54,865 nt of DNA from Coraliomargaritaceae bacterium (GTDB taxonomy: Bacteria > Verrucomicrobiota > Verrucomicrobiia > Opitutales > Coraliomargaritaceae): positions 27,739 to 82,603 of the forward strand of contig CBFHKU010000008.1 of assembly GCA_965656495.1 (NCBI GenBank). Direction: 5' to 3'. This document shows positions 39,864 through 50,440 of this stretch, in pieces. The number at the start of each line of letters is the position of its first letter. The first letter of the stretch is position 1. Position numbers and translations under genes: made by a program. A model generated the notes under the pieces. It did no database searches and was not told the DNA's origin. It saw nothing but the letters and a program-made list of their open reading frames with translations.

Positions 39864-40844
39864 CTAAGCATTGATGGCTTGAAGCAGTTCTGTCCAGACT
39901 GCATCGGGAAGGACGCTACCTTGTTGCTGTACGACGGCGGCACCCAGGAGTGAACCAAAGTGCGCGCATTCAGGGGCGGGGCGACCCTCCAGCCAGCCAT
40001 ACAGGAAGCCTGCTGCCCATAAATCTCCTGCCGCAGTTGTATCGATAACGGTCTGCGCCCGAATAGGCTCAATGCTGTGAATCGAGTTTTGCTGCGCGAT
40101 GAGTGAACCACGGGCCCCTAGTTTGACTGCGGCGATATCACAATGTTTTTGCAGTGCTTGAGCCATCATTTCGTAGTCATTTTCAATGCCGGTAAAGGCG
40201 GCGGCTTCTTCTTCGTTGGCAAAGACAATATCGATGTATTGGTCCAGGATTTCCGGAAGGATGGCCTTTGCGGCCTGAACAACTTCGAAGGATGCCAGAT
40301 CCAGGCTTATGGTACATCCCGCGGATTTTGCGGCTTCGAGCACTGTGCGCATGAGAGCTTCATTAAAGAGGAGGTAGCCCTCTAAGTGGGCAAAATCGTA
40401 AGCTTCGAAATCGGCCGCGCTGATTTCTTCAGGAGCGAGGGTCATCGCGGCACCGAGATGGGTGCGCATGGTGCGTTCTCCGTCCGGAGTGACCAGAGAA
40501 AGGCAATGCCCATTTGGAATGGTGCCGTGTTTAAAGCTACCCACGTGGCCACCATGCCGTTCAAATTGCTCAAGATAGAATTGCGCCATCTGGCAATTGC
40601 CCAGCTTGCCGAGGATAGCGGCAGGCATTCCCATGCGGGCGAGCGCAAAGAGAGTATTTCCGGCAGAACCGCCCGGAGCGCGGGTGTTTTCTGCGGGAAG
40701 GTCACTCAAGAGGGCATCCAGTTCCGAAGCCTCGACCAGAAGCATGCCACCTTTCTCCCCGGCGACATGCTCAAGGAATTTATCCTCCACCAGAGCGATC
40801 GTATCAACGACCGGACTTCCAACACCGATAATCTTCTTTTTCAT
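39864..40844 (-). CDS. PfkB-family kinase (adenosine/inosine kinase-like)
   Basis: [41 protein letters not shown]. Confidence 0.88.
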   Translation of the reverse strand: MKKKIIGVGSPVVDTIALVEDKFLEHVAGEKGGMLLVEASELDALLSDLPAENTRAPGGSAGNTLFALARMGMPAAILGKLGNCQMAQFYLEQFERHGGHVGSFKHGTIPNGHCLSLVTPDGERTMRTHLGAAMTLAPEEISAADFEAYDFAHLEGYLLFNEALMRTVLEAAKSAGCTISLDLASFEVVQAAKAILPEILDQYIDIVFANEEEAAAFTGIENDYEMMAQALQKHCDIAAVKLGARGSLIAQQNSIHSIEPIRAQTVIDTTAAGDLWAAGFLYGWLEGRPAPECAHFGSLLGAAVVQQQGSVLPDAVWTELLQAINA

Positions 40845-40880
40845 CAATATAATTGTAGCTCAGGGATCAACTTGGGTCAT

Positions 40881-40915
40881 AAAAAAACCGCCAATGCTGT
40901 GGATTGACGGTTTTT
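40881..40915 (-). terminator. Intrinsic terminator, possibly bidirectional
   Basis: Minus strand AAAAACCGTCAAT-loop-ATTGGCGGTTTTTTT. Confidence 0.8.
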
Positions 40916-40935
40916 AATATATTTTTTTAAAAAGC

Positions 40936-41331
40936 TTATAGTGCGTCGCGAATGCGAGCGTAGAGCACCTGTGATTCCGCAAGGTTACCCAAGTCGCCCA
41001 CTCGAATACGAAGTTCGGTCTGTCCTTCGCCATCCATTATGTTGCGAATCCGAACACTCACGAGTTGGTCACCGACTTTACGTGCGTAAATTTTAATGGA
41101 CTCCTTGCCGTGGCGTTCGCCGGTGCGGAAATAACCCATATCATCCATTTCGCGAATAGCGGCTCGGAAGATTTCGCTAACCGAAGCATCAAGAGGCGCG
41201 TAGAAATATCCTGCGGTGTAGGACGCCGATTGTTCAAGACCGGTCTGAGGATCAATGGCGACTTGGGTGGTGCAGCCTGTGAAGAGCAGCACGATAATGG
41301 AGATAATGGAGAAAAAAGCTTTTGCATTCAT
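40936..41331 (-). CDS. DUF3568-like lipoprotein
   Basis: MNAKAFF..LLFTG-C lipobox; C-terminal TELRIRVG..GN..ES..L...I pattern. Confidence 0.65.
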   Translation of the reverse strand: MNAKAFFSIISIIVLLFTGCTTQVAIDPQTGLEQSASYTAGYFYAPLDASVSEIFRAAIREMDDMGYFRTGERHGKESIKIYARKVGDQLVSVRIRNIMDGEGQTELRIRVGDLGNLAESQVLYARIRDAL

Positions 41332-41448
41332 ATTTTTGATAAAAGAGGACTTTTTGAAGCAGTGCAATGCGAAGCTTCAATAAATGTGAGATTTTTCCAA
41401 AGGCTGTTATGCGTCGAATCCAGGCGCATTCATCTGTGAAAATTCTTT

Positions 41449-41488
41449 AAAAAGAAAGCGACCCGCCTCAAAAAGAAACGGATCGCTT
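41449..41488 (-). terminator. Intrinsic terminator downstream of xseA
   Basis: Minus strand AAGCGATCCGTTTC-tttt-GAGGCGGGTCGCTT followed by TCTTTTT. Confidence 0.7.
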
Positions 41489-41576
41489 ATGAACACATAC
41501 CCCTAACTAACTCACTAAATAACAAATTATCTTGAATAATGAGTCATTAGATCTGTTCTCAGGTTCCAGAAATTTA

Positions 41577-42950
41577 TTATTTTTTAGCTTTATTTTGTGG
41601 GGTTTTATCTGGGGTCAGGGTGAGCGAGCCATCATGGAAGCGCGCCTTGATACGCGCGGCGCTTTGTGCGGAACCGGCGGAGGTGAGGATGCTGCCATCT
41701 TCTTTTTCCAAGATGGCAAAGCCCCGCTTCAGGGCGGATTGAATATTGGTGTTCTCGAGGCGCTTTTGGATGGCGGTGAGTTTTGCATTGGAAGCCTGCA
41801 GGCCTTTGGTGGAGGCAAACTCCAATCGATGCTTGCAGGCGCTTAAGTTCTGGTAAGCCAGATCGAGACGGCGTTTCGGGTTGTGCTTGATCAGCCGATT
41901 CGAGAGATGCTGCATGGTTTCCCTGTTTGCGGCGATGTTTTCCCTTAAGGCCTGAGTCAGGCGAATCTGGGTATCGTCGATCCTCAAAGCGTGGTAGGCG
42001 AGCTGTCGTTGCGGGGACAGGAGGCGAAAGCGAGTTTGTGCCGCTTCCAGTCGTTGTTGGATCCGGAGGGGAAGCTGGGTGGTAAGTCGCCTTAAGGATT
42101 GGCTTACCTCATGGAATTTTTGTCGTGTTTCCAGTGATTTTGACGAAATCAGCTCCGCCGCGGCAGAGGGTGTCTCCGCCCGGATATCAGCGGAATAATC
42201 CGTTAGCACCTGGTCGATCTCATGGCCGACCGCTGAAATGGTGAGTGTTGCGGATGCCGCAACGGCACGAGCGAGGGACTCATGGTTAAACGGCCAAAGG
42301 TCTTCAATGCTGCCGCCACCTCGCGTTAAAACGATACAGTCAAATCCAGGACTGAAGGCATTGGCGTATGCAAGGGCTTGCTCAATTTCTGCAGCGGCTT
42401 CCTTGCCTTGGACGCGCACTGGAAAGACAACAACGGAGCCATCAAAATTACGGCGCTGGAGGATGCGCAGGAAATCACGGAGTGCCGCACCGGTTGGTGA
42501 GGTGATGACTGCAATGCGGCGGGGCAGGGCGGTGAGCGTTCTTTTGCGCTCCGCCTCAAAGAGTCCTTCCGCTGCCAGCGCGCGTTTCAAGCGCTCGAAT
42601 TCAATCTGTAAACGCCCCTCGCCGCTGTGGAGGGCAATCTTTACAATTAATTGATAGCGTCCGTGCGGGGCATAGACCGCAAGATCACCAAACAAGGTAA
42701 CCGCTTCACCGTCCTTTAGTTCAAAATCCTGCCGGGCGGCATCACGCGCAAAGAGCACGCAGGGGATTTGACTGCCTTTGTCTTTAAGCGAGAAATAAAC
42801 ATGTCCGGTGCTTTGTTTACGGCAATTGGAGATTTCGCCACGCACCCATACGCGGGTGAAGCTACCCTCCAGGAGCCGTTTGATTTGCTGGGTGAGGGCG
42901 CTGACCTCCAGTACTGCTTCTGCATCTGGTTGGAAATTCAAATCGGGCAT
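41577..42950 (-). CDS. xseA: Exodeoxyribonuclease VII large subunit
   Basis: VWVRGEISN, GHVYFSLKD, VITSPTGAA.RD, RGGGSIEDLWPFN, SAVGHE.D, RAETPSAAAE. Confidence 0.95.
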   Translation of the reverse strand: MPDLNFQPDAEAVLEVSALTQQIKRLLEGSFTRVWVRGEISNCRKQSTGHVYFSLKDKGSQIPCVLFARDAARQDFELKDGEAVTLFGDLAVYAPHGRYQLIVKIALHSGEGRLQIEFERLKRALAAEGLFEAERKRTLTALPRRIAVITSPTGAALRDFLRILQRRNFDGSVVVFPVRVQGKEAAAEIEQALAYANAFSPGFDCIVLTRGGGSIEDLWPFNHESLARAVAASATLTISAVGHEIDQVLTDYSADIRAETPSAAAELISSKSLETRQKFHEVSQSLRRLTTQLPLRIQQRLEAAQTRFRLLSPQRQLAYHALRIDDTQIRLTQALRENIAANRETMQHLSNRLIKHNPKRRLDLAYQNLSACKHRLEFASTKGLQASNAKLTAIQKRLENTNIQSALKRGFAILEKEDGSILTSAGSAQSAARIKARFHDGSLTLTPDKTPQNKAKK

Positions 42951-43047
42951 ATGGGATATTTGCACCGTATCGTTCAAAATGGCAACTCCATGTCCACTTC
43001 CTGAGATGTAAACTTGCCAGCACGTAAAAGGGGCCTAGCTTGCTGGT

Positions 43048-43596
43048 ATGGAAGCGGATCAAAATCATACAAATACAAACTTGTTGCCACTTGCGCTGGC
43101 GCTGCTGGCGGTTGTTCTGGGTGGGGCAGGCCTCTACTTTGGGCTAACGGCAAACAATACCCTGCAGCCGATCGTGGAATCCATGGACGCCAGTGAAAGC
43201 AGCTTGAGTGAATCTGCGGAAGAGGTGGCGAGCCTGAAAAAAGCGGTGCAGGCTTTGTCGGAACAGAACAAAGATTTAGAGAGTGCCCTTTCCCGTCTTC
43301 GTGCCTACGGCAATGAGCGGGATAAGCGCCTTAAGGAACTGACCCTCGAACTCAATAAACAAGGGGAACGTTTGGCGAACCAAGCAGCGCCTGTGACTAC
43401 CTCTGCCGCAACCAAGCCGGCGGCAGTCGGGACGGGTGCGATTGCGGAAGGTGGATATGTCATTAAATCCGGCGACACGTTTGCGCGCATCGCGACCGAA
43501 GCGGGAGTGCCGCTGCAGGCTCTGCTGGATGCCAATCCCGGAGTCGACCCGCGCCGTTTGCGCATTGGTCAATCAATCATTATCCCGGCTCAGTAA
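43048..43596 (+). CDS. Membrane-anchored coiled-coil LysM protein
   Basis: N-terminal TM helix, coiled coil, [13 protein letters not shown]...[18 protein letters not shown]. Confidence 0.88.
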   Translation: MEADQNHTNTNLLPLALALLAVVLGGAGLYFGLTANNTLQPIVESMDASESSLSESAEEVASLKKAVQALSEQNKDLESALSRLRAYGNERDKRLKELTLELNKQGERLANQAAPVTTSAATKPAAVGTGAIAEGGYVIKSGDTFARIATEAGVPLQALLDANPGVDPRRLRIGQSIIIPAQ

Positions 43597-44198
43597 TGGC
43601 TAAGCTTGCTCCGCCTGACAACCTGCAGGAACCGTTGCGCTGGGAGCTGCTCAGTGATCAGCTGAATTTCTCCTGCCGGGTTTGGGAATTGCGGACCCGG
43701 CGTTACCGACATCCTACGAATGCAAAAGAGGGAGATTTCTATTATTTAAACTCTCGCGATTGGGTCATCGTGGTGGCGCGCACCATCGATGGGGATTTAA
43801 TCATGGTGCGCCAGTTTCGCTGGGGATCCGACGCGCTTTCATGGGAGTTGCCCGGTGGAATCATTGATTCCGGGGAGGATCCGGTGCAGGCGGGTTTGCG
43901 GGAACTCAAGGAGGAGACCGGTTATGTTGCGGAAAAGGGCGTGGTATTGGGTCAGTGCAGTCCTAACCCCGCTATCCTTAACAATCAATGCCATGTTGTT
44001 TTTGCGGATCAATGCCAGCTATCGCAGGACGGCACCAATTGGGACGAGCACGAAGAAATGGAAGTCCGCTCGCTGCCGGAAGCAGAGGTCATGCAATGGG
44101 TATCCGAGTGTAAGATCGGCCACGCCCTCGCGCTGGTGGGGATTTTATTTTACCGCACAAAGGTGACCGAGCAGGAGCAGGCTACCAAGTGTAATTGA
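43596..44198 (+). CDS. NUDIX hydrolase (ADP-ribose pyrophosphatase-like)
   Basis: Nudix box [29 protein letters not shown] and ELPGG. Confidence 0.9.
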   Translation: MAKLAPPDNLQEPLRWELLSDQLNFSCRVWELRTRRYRHPTNAKEGDFYYLNSRDWVIVVARTIDGDLIMVRQFRWGSDALSWELPGGIIDSGEDPVQAGLRELKEETGYVAEKGVVLGQCSPNPAILNNQCHVVFADQCQLSQDGTNWDEHEEMEVRSLPEAEVMQWVSECKIGHALALVGILFYRTKVTEQEQATKCN

Positions 44199-46251
44199 GT
44201 GTCGCGCCAAATTGCTGAGGGTCGGCCGGGTTTTCGTAGCGCGTCTCACCTGCGCCGTTGTCGAAGAAAAAGACGCGTTTTTCATATTTTGTGTCAAAAA
44301 GATTTCGGCCCCAGAAGGTAAGGGTCCAGTTATCAATGCGATAGCCCAAGGCGGCATTCACTACAGTAAAGGCACTGCGCTTCTCGTCGTGGCTGTTGGA
44401 TTCATAATAGGAATCGCTGCCGCTGATTTCGCCGTTGGCAAAAAAGCCGGTGTTGGGATTGTAAGCGAGTCTCGCACGATAAGTGTACGTCGGTATATTA
44501 GACAAGCCACGTGCTTCGATTGTAAGCGCAGCATTACTCGGATCGGTATAGGCGTCGCGATGCGCATCGAGGAGGCCTAGAGAACCTTTAAATGACCAGT
44601 TCGGTAGAAAATACCAAGTAGTCTCTCCCTCGAGCCCCAGATGGCGTGCTCCCTCGCCGTTGGTTGTGAAATAGGTAAAGGAAACCCTATCTCCGGCAGA
44701 GTCGCGCAACTGCGCCTTATCACGATCCAGATAAAACAAGGTCAGTTGGGAAACTAATTTTCCGTCCTCGGATTTTGCTCGGAGTCCTAATTCATAGTTC
44801 CAGAGTGTCTCGCTGTCATATTTTACCGGAAGTGAAGCAATGAGATTAGGAAAGATATTGGCACCTCCCGCTTTGTAGCCACGTCCCAGCGAAGCAAACA
44901 AGGTTTGGTGCTCGCTTAACATATGCTCGAAAGTAAGTTTGCCGCCGTAAAGGAGTTCGTTAAAGCGGACGTCCTCGCGAATTTCTATATCGGTATCGAG
45001 ATCGAAATATTCGGCGCGTAAACCTAGAGTCAGCTTGCTTTTTTCGCTTAGGAGATGGGTGGCCTGTCCGTAAATGCTGGTCGCTTTACTCTCATATCTT
45101 GTTTTAAAATCACCCCAGTCACCGCCAAACTGCGAGTCTTCTTCGAGGTTCTCGAAATAAAGCCCCAGCGTCCATCGATCAATCAGGCCAAGGGCATCCT
45201 CGCGCTTGGCGGAGTCAATACGGATTTCCTCACTCCAACGTTCGCGCTCACGGAGAAGGAAGACAAAGGCTGACCATCCAGCAGTCGCCTGATTACTCCA
45301 ATCGCCGTCATAGCTGTAAAGTGAATCGGTCGCAGTATAAGTTGAGATCGTGCTTAGCTTCGCGTCGGGCAATCCATCCCAAGTGCCGCGTATGCTGGCG
45401 GCTTTGGATTCCTGTTCATCGCGACCGGGTTCGTCGGAAAAAACGGTGAATGCGGTATTGTCGAGTGACCATTCATCATAACCGTTGTTGGTGTTTGCGT
45501 AGAATAGAGTACTGTCCCAAGTCCAATCACTAGCGGGTTTCCAGCTTAGTTTTAGACGGGTGTTGAACTCGTCGCGCTCATTGGTGTCGTCTCGGTTGAG
45601 ATGCTTGTTTTTGCGGAAGCCATCACTGTTTTGTTGGTAGAGTGAGTAGCGGAAAGTAAGGGACTCGGGGTTATCTTTGAGGACCGGGCCGCCGAAGGCG
45701 AGACCGCCCCCACGGAGATTATCTTGTCCGATTGTGCCCTCGGCCTGTCCGCTCCAGTATGGGGTGGGCTCGTTACTGACGAGCTTGATGAGACCGCCGG
45801 CGGCATTCACGCCAAATGCCCCCGCCTGCGGGCCCCGGAGGACTTCGACCTGTTGCATATCAAAAAGGTTGCCGATTGAGCCGAGCCCGGTGAAGTCGAG
45901 GTCGTCGATCAGGAAGCGCACCGTGGAATCGGGGGTTTCGCCCTCGAACTGGGAGTTTTCGCCGATGCCTCGGATTTGGAAATATCGGGGACGGGAAGTG
46001 CCGCCGGTCCAGGTAAGGTTTGGGATGACCTCGATGAGATCCTGAAAGTGAAGGCTGCCGTTGGATTCCAACTCGCTGGAATCGATCGCAGTGGTGCTGT
46101 TGGTGGTCCGCAGAAGATCGGTCTCCCAGAGGCTGGCGGTCACGACTAATTCAGGGAGTTCGTGAATCGGCGCATTTTCTTGGGCTGTCTCGTTGGCAAA
46201 AACGGCAGTGCCCAGTGAGAAAAGGAGGGTGCATGCGATGGTGGCTTTCAT
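44182..46251 (-). CDS. TonB-dependent receptor, probably for thiamine or a precursor
   Basis: Signal peptide, ELVVTA TonB box, plug motifs FQIRGIG and VEVLRGPQ, C-terminal aromatic residue (..LNYTW). TPP riboswitch upstream. Confidence 0.88.
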   Translation of the reverse strand: MKATIACTLLFSLGTAVFANETAQENAPIHELPELVVTASLWETDLLRTTNSTTAIDSSELESNGSLHFQDLIEVIPNLTWTGGTSRPRYFQIRGIGENSQFEGETPDSTVRFLIDDLDFTGLGSIGNLFDMQQVEVLRGPQAGAFGVNAAGGLIKLVSNEPTPYWSGQAEGTIGQDNLRGGGLAFGGPVLKDNPESLTFRYSLYQQNSDGFRKNKHLNRDDTNERDEFNTRLKLSWKPASDWTWDSTLFYANTNNGYDEWSLDNTAFTVFSDEPGRDEQESKAASIRGTWDGLPDAKLSTISTYTATDSLYSYDGDWSNQATAGWSAFVFLLRERERWSEEIRIDSAKREDALGLIDRWTLGLYFENLEEDSQFGGDWGDFKTRYESKATSIYGQATHLLSEKSKLTLGLRAEYFDLDTDIEIREDVRFNELLYGGKLTFEHMLSEHQTLFASLGRGYKAGGANIFPNLIASLPVKYDSETLWNYELGLRAKSEDGKLVSQLTLFYLDRDKAQLRDSAGDRVSFTYFTTNGEGARHLGLEGETTWYFLPNWSFKGSLGLLDAHRDAYTDPSNAALTIEARGLSNIPTYTYRARLAYNPNTGFFANGEISGSDSYYESNSHDEKRSAFTVVNAALGYRIDNWTLTFWGRNLFDTKYEKRVFFFDNGAGETRYENPADPQQFGATLNYTW

Positions 46252-46327
46252 TTGGATCTCGATTTATTATTTAGGTTGAGACCCGGCTGCTTCGGCAGAG
46301 AAGCGAAAGCGTACGCGCTGGCACGAT

Positions 46328-46430
46328 TACCTTTCCCTACGCCGGTATGAGCCGGATCAGGTTCGAAGGGATCGCTTTGTGCTAGTGCAGGAAGCTGTCT
46401 CAGACCCATGCCAGGTCACCCCTAAGGAAG
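46328..46430 (-). promoter_or_regulatory. TPP riboswitch
   Basis: Minus strand AGGGGTG...CTGAGA...CCCTTCGAACCTGATCCGGCTCATACCGGCGTAGGGA matches the THI-box consensus. Confidence 0.95.
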
Positions 46431-46537
46431 TGATGAACATCATGCGCATACTTTAATGAGTCAACCAAGAAGCGCGGAATTCTTTAAGAAAGACAGAAAA
46501 AGGTGGTCAATTAGGCAGACTTCACAAACATGCTTTC

Positions 46538-47662
46538 ATGCCTCGTATATATTTGTCACCCCCAGATTTGAGTGAGTTGGATCACGCTGCGGTTGCGGCG
46601 GCGCTTGCTTCGAATTGGGTGGCACCGGTCGGGCCGGAGTTGGACGCATTTGAGGCCGAGGTTTGCGCGCACAGCAAACGGACGGCGGGCTTGGCAGTAA
46701 ACTCCGGGACCGCCGCGTTGCATTTGGCATTAAAGGTACTGGGTATTGGTAAGGGGGATCTCGTTTTGTGCCCGTCCTTTACGTTTGCTGCGAGCGCCAA
46801 CCCGATTGTTTATTGTGGCGCCGTCCCGGTTTTTGTCGGAAGCGAGCCGCGCACGTGGAATATGGATCCGGAGGCGCTTCGTGAGGCTTTTGAGGCACTC
46901 GCAGGCGAGGGGAAAAAACCGAAGGCTGTGATTGTTGTACAACTGTATGGTCAGTGTGCCGATATGGCTGCGATTGAAAAGGTTTGCGCGGAATATGCGG
47001 TGCCGCTCATTGAGGATGCCGCTGAAGCGCTGGGGGCGTCCCATCAGGGACGACCGGCGGGCTCTTTTGGGGCGTTTTCTTTTTTCTCTTTCAACGGAAA
47101 TAAAATCATTACGACTTCAGGAGGCGGGATGCTGCTTTCAGATGCGGTTGAGGCGTTGGAAGCGGCGCGATCACTCTCCATGCAGGCACGGGAGCCCGTT
47201 ATCCACTATGAACATCGCCAAATCGGCTACAATTATCGTATGAGCAATGTACTGGCGGCCCTTGGGAGGAGCCAATTGTCGGATCTCGCGCGGCGGATTC
47301 ACGCACGAAAAGCGCATTTTGAGGCATATAAGGCGGAGTTGGATTCATTGCCCGGAGTTGAATTCATGCCGATTGTGGAACCCGATGCGGTTAATTATTG
47401 GCTTACATGCCTGACGATTGATTCGAGTGAGTCGATGGCGGATGCTGCGAGCGTGATAAAAGCACTTGAAGCTGCGGATATTGAAGCGAGGCCGCTTTGG
47501 AAGCCCTTGCATTTGCAGCCGGTCTATAAAGAATGCCGTTATTATGGAAGTGGTATTGAGGAAAAGCTTTTTTTTGATGGACTGTGTTTGCCAAGTGGTT
47601 CCGGCCTCACCGAGGAAGAACGTGGAAAAGTCATTGCGAAGGTGCGTTCAAGCATAGAGTAA
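46538..47662 (+). CDS. DegT/DnrJ/EryC1/StrS sugar aminotransferase (PglE/EpsN-like)
   Basis: NSGTAALHLAL, IEDAAEALG, SFNGNKIITTSGGG, GYNYRMSN, RPLWKPLH. Confidence 0.92.
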   Translation: MPRIYLSPPDLSELDHAAVAAALASNWVAPVGPELDAFEAEVCAHSKRTAGLAVNSGTAALHLALKVLGIGKGDLVLCPSFTFAASANPIVYCGAVPVFVGSEPRTWNMDPEALREAFEALAGEGKKPKAVIVVQLYGQCADMAAIEKVCAEYAVPLIEDAAEALGASHQGRPAGSFGAFSFFSFNGNKIITTSGGGMLLSDAVEALEAARSLSMQAREPVIHYEHRQIGYNYRMSNVLAALGRSQLSDLARRIHARKAHFEAYKAELDSLPGVEFMPIVEPDAVNYWLTCLTIDSSESMADAASVIKALEAADIEARPLWKPLHLQPVYKECRYYGSGIEEKLFFDGLCLPSGSGLTEEERGKVIAKVRSSIE

Positions 47663-47676
47663 GGTTTGGGATATTT

Positions 47677-49548
47677 ATGAACCGAAATTGGTTACCTCGA
47701 ATTTTTAATCTGCCGACGATTGGGCTTTTGCTGGCTTATTTGCTAATCCTATCTGCAAGTTATTGGATCGCCTTTGAATTGCGCTTTGATTTCTCCGTCA
47801 CGGAGTATTACGAGGTGGTTCGGATCCAGACTCTTTGGTGGGTACTGTTGTTAAAAATCGCGCTTTTGCTGGCATTCGGGCAATTTGAAACAGTTCTTGC
47901 CTATTTTCGCCTGCCGGATGCGCTGCGTCTGTTGACGGCGTTATCGATTGTCGCAGTGGTTTTGGTCCTCACTTGGTATCAATTTGACGGAAAGGAAATC
48001 GCGCCGCGCTCGGTCATTCTTTCAGATCTGCAGCTTTCATTTTTGGGGCTGACGCTTTTCCGATTATTGTTTCGTATCAAGGCGAGCAAGGATCTTAGCG
48101 ATTGGCTATCAGTTCAGGAAACTGAACGTGTGATTATTGTTGGCGCGGGTGAAGTGGGGGCAGGTCTGGCGGCAGACTTAATGAGTAAGGGCCGACTGGG
48201 GATGCGACCGGTTGCATTTCTTGATGATGACACCAATAAAGTGGGTCGCTATGTGCACAATGTTATGGTGGTAGGCCGTGTGGATGAATTGGCTAGCGTG
48301 GCGAGTCGTTATAAAGCGACAAAAGTGGTGGTGGCGTTTCCGTCGGCCCCAATGAAACGTATTAAGGCAGTCGTGGACTGTGCTCGCGAGGCCGGTTTGA
48401 AGGTGGATCGAGTGCCGGCTCTAATAGATCTTGTGAGCGGAAAAGCTCAGGTCTCGCAACTACGTCCCATTGAAATGGAGGACTTACTTGGTCGGGAAGC
48501 GGTGGACTTGAATGATGATGCCATTCAGGCATTGTTGGCGGGCAAGCGTGTTCTGGTTACGGGCGCGGGCGGCAGCATCGGAATGGAATTAGTTCAACAA
48601 GTATTGGAACGGTCTCCGGATAAACTGCTTTGTCTCGATCACTCGGAATTGGCTATTTTTAAGTTAAAACAGCGGATTTCAAAGTTTGAGAAAGCTGGTT
48701 CGATAATCGATAGCAAGGTACTTGATATTTGTGATACTCGAAGCCTCAAACTGCTCTTAGAGGAATTTAAACCTGAAGTGATTTTTCATGCCGCTGCGCA
48801 CAAGCATGTCAACCTCATGGAAGACCAACCCGAGCAAGCGCTTAAAAACAACACCTTGGGAACCTTGGACCTCGCCCGAATCGCCTCACGCATTGGAGTT
48901 GAGCATTTTGTACTAATTTCCACCGACAAGGCGATCAATCCTACCAGCGTAATGGGCGCAAGCAAGCGACTTGCCGAACTTGCAATCGTAAACCAGCAAG
49001 CGGAAAGCGCGAACCAGACCCGCTTTATTTCGGTTCGATTTGGGAATGTGCTCGGTTCATCCGGCAGTGTGATTCCTATATTTCGCCAACAACTTGCAGA
49101 GGGTGGTCCCTTGACGGTCACGGATCCGGAGGTCACGCGTTTCTTCATGACGGTTCAGGAAGCGGTCGGCCTCGTCCTACAGAGCGCCACGCAGGGCGAG
49201 GGCGGAGAAATCTTCGTTCTCGATATGGGGAAACCAATCAAAATTTTGGATGTGGCTCGCCAAATGATAGCATTGGCAGGCATGCGCGAAGGGGTGGACA
49301 TCGAAATAAAATTCATTGGTTTGCATCCGGGTGAAAAACGCTACGAGGAGGTGCAGCACTTGAGCGAAACGCTCCATGCCACCAAGCATCCCCGGATCAT
49401 GCGCTTTACGGGCTCTAAGGAATCAATCGAAGCCGCGCATGACTTGGAATCCCGCATCCGGGAGCAATTGGCGGAGGGTGATTCGGTTCAGGTCAGGGAG
49501 CTGATGCATGCGATGCTTCCTGAATATCGCCGCTATTCAAGCACTTGA
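47677..49548 (+). CDS. Membrane-bound UDP-GlcNAc 4,6-dehydratase (CapD/PglF/WbpM-like)
   Basis: Four N-terminal TM helices, GAGGSIG, FHAAAHKHV, ISTDKA.NP.SVMGASKR, VRFGNVLGSSGSV. Confidence 0.92.
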   Translation: MNRNWLPRIFNLPTIGLLLAYLLILSASYWIAFELRFDFSVTEYYEVVRIQTLWWVLLLKIALLLAFGQFETVLAYFRLPDALRLLTALSIVAVVLVLTWYQFDGKEIAPRSVILSDLQLSFLGLTLFRLLFRIKASKDLSDWLSVQETERVIIVGAGEVGAGLAADLMSKGRLGMRPVAFLDDDTNKVGRYVHNVMVVGRVDELASVASRYKATKVVVAFPSAPMKRIKAVVDCAREAGLKVDRVPALIDLVSGKAQVSQLRPIEMEDLLGREAVDLNDDAIQALLAGKRVLVTGAGGSIGMELVQQVLERSPDKLLCLDHSELAIFKLKQRISKFEKAGSIIDSKVLDICDTRSLKLLLEEFKPEVIFHAAAHKHVNLMEDQPEQALKNNTLGTLDLARIASRIGVEHFVLISTDKAINPTSVMGASKRLAELAIVNQQAESANQTRFISVRFGNVLGSSGSVIPIFRQQLAEGGPLTVTDPEVTRFFMTVQEAVGLVLQSATQGEGGEIFVLDMGKPIKILDVARQMIALAGMREGVDIEIKFIGLHPGEKRYEEVQHLSETLHATKHPRIMRFTGSKESIEAAHDLESRIREQLAEGDSVQVRELMHAMLPEYRRYSST

Positions 49549-49549
49549 T

Positions 49550-50440
49550 TCAGTGGTGCGTTTCGCGGGGGTCGAGGGCGTCGCGTAAGCCATCACCTAA
49601 AAAATTCAGGGAGAAGATTGTAAGCGAGAAAAGGACGGCGGGTCCGATTAGCAACCAGGGATAAATGTCGAGTTTGTCAGCCCCCTCGTTAATTAAGGTG
49701 CCCCATGAACTGTGAGGCGGTTGCACTCCAAGCCCCAGGAAACTGAGGATCGACTCAAGTAAAATTACGGCGGGTATGGTAAGGGTGCCGTAAACAATGA
49801 CTGCACCGAGCAGATTCGGCAGTAAATGATCACGCAAAATTCGCCAGTGGCTTGCTCCGCTTGCGCGAGCCGCTTCGACATAGCTCAAGGTCCGCAGGCT
49901 CCTTGCTTGCGCACGCACGATTCGCGCCATCGTAAGCCATTCAACTGCACCGATCGCGAGGAAAATCAAGAAGATGCTTTTGCGATCAAAAGTAACAGTG
50001 AGGACCACCACCAGCATCGTAAAGGGGAGGGCATAAACCACATCCACAAAGCGCATCATGAGCGTATCGATTCGACGGCCACAGTAACCCGCGATTGCTC
50101 CGTAGCTAACCCCAATGAGCAGTGCGACAAAGGTTGCCGCAAATCCCACTCCGATTGAGATACGCCCACCGGTCAGGACGCGCTCCAGGAGATCCCGCCC
50201 CAATTCATCCGTGCCCAGCCAATGTTCCCATGAAGGTGGCTCGGCACCGCGTGCCAAATCCTGTGTTGCAAAATCCTGACCGCTCAAAAGCGGCCCGATC
50301 AGGCATGCCGTTAAAATCGCGAGAAAAAGGAAACCGCCAATACGCGCCATGGGGTTGCGGCAAAGGCGTCCCCAGGCAACCCGCCCAGGGGATTTTTGGA
50401 TGCAATTCAGCACCTTTTGTTCTCGTTTTTCCTTAGTCAT
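49550..50440 (-). CDS. oppC: Oligopeptide ABC permease
   Basis: HWLGTDELGRD, ARIVRAQ, YVEAARASG, LSFLGLG, NFLGDGLRDALDP. Confidence 0.92.
   Translation of the reverse strand: MTKEKREQKVLNCIQKSPGRVAWGRLCRNPMARIGGFLFLAILTACLIGPLLSGQDFATQDLARGAEPPSWEHWLGTDELGRDLLERVLTGGRISIGVGFAATFVALLIGVSYGAIAGYCGRRIDTLMMRFVDVVYALPFTMLVVVLTVTFDRKSIFLIFLAIGAVEWLTMARIVRAQARSLRTLSYVEAARASGASHWRILRDHLLPNLLGAVIVYGTLTIPAVILLESILSFLGLGVQPPHSSWGTLINEGADKLDIYPWLLIGPAVLFSLTIFSLNFLGDGLRDALDPRETHH

Noticed and set aside
46538..49548. Complete capsule/O-antigen island
   Set aside because: Only the aminotransferase and dehydratase are present. There are no glycosyltransferase, flippase or polymerase genes and no mobility signs.
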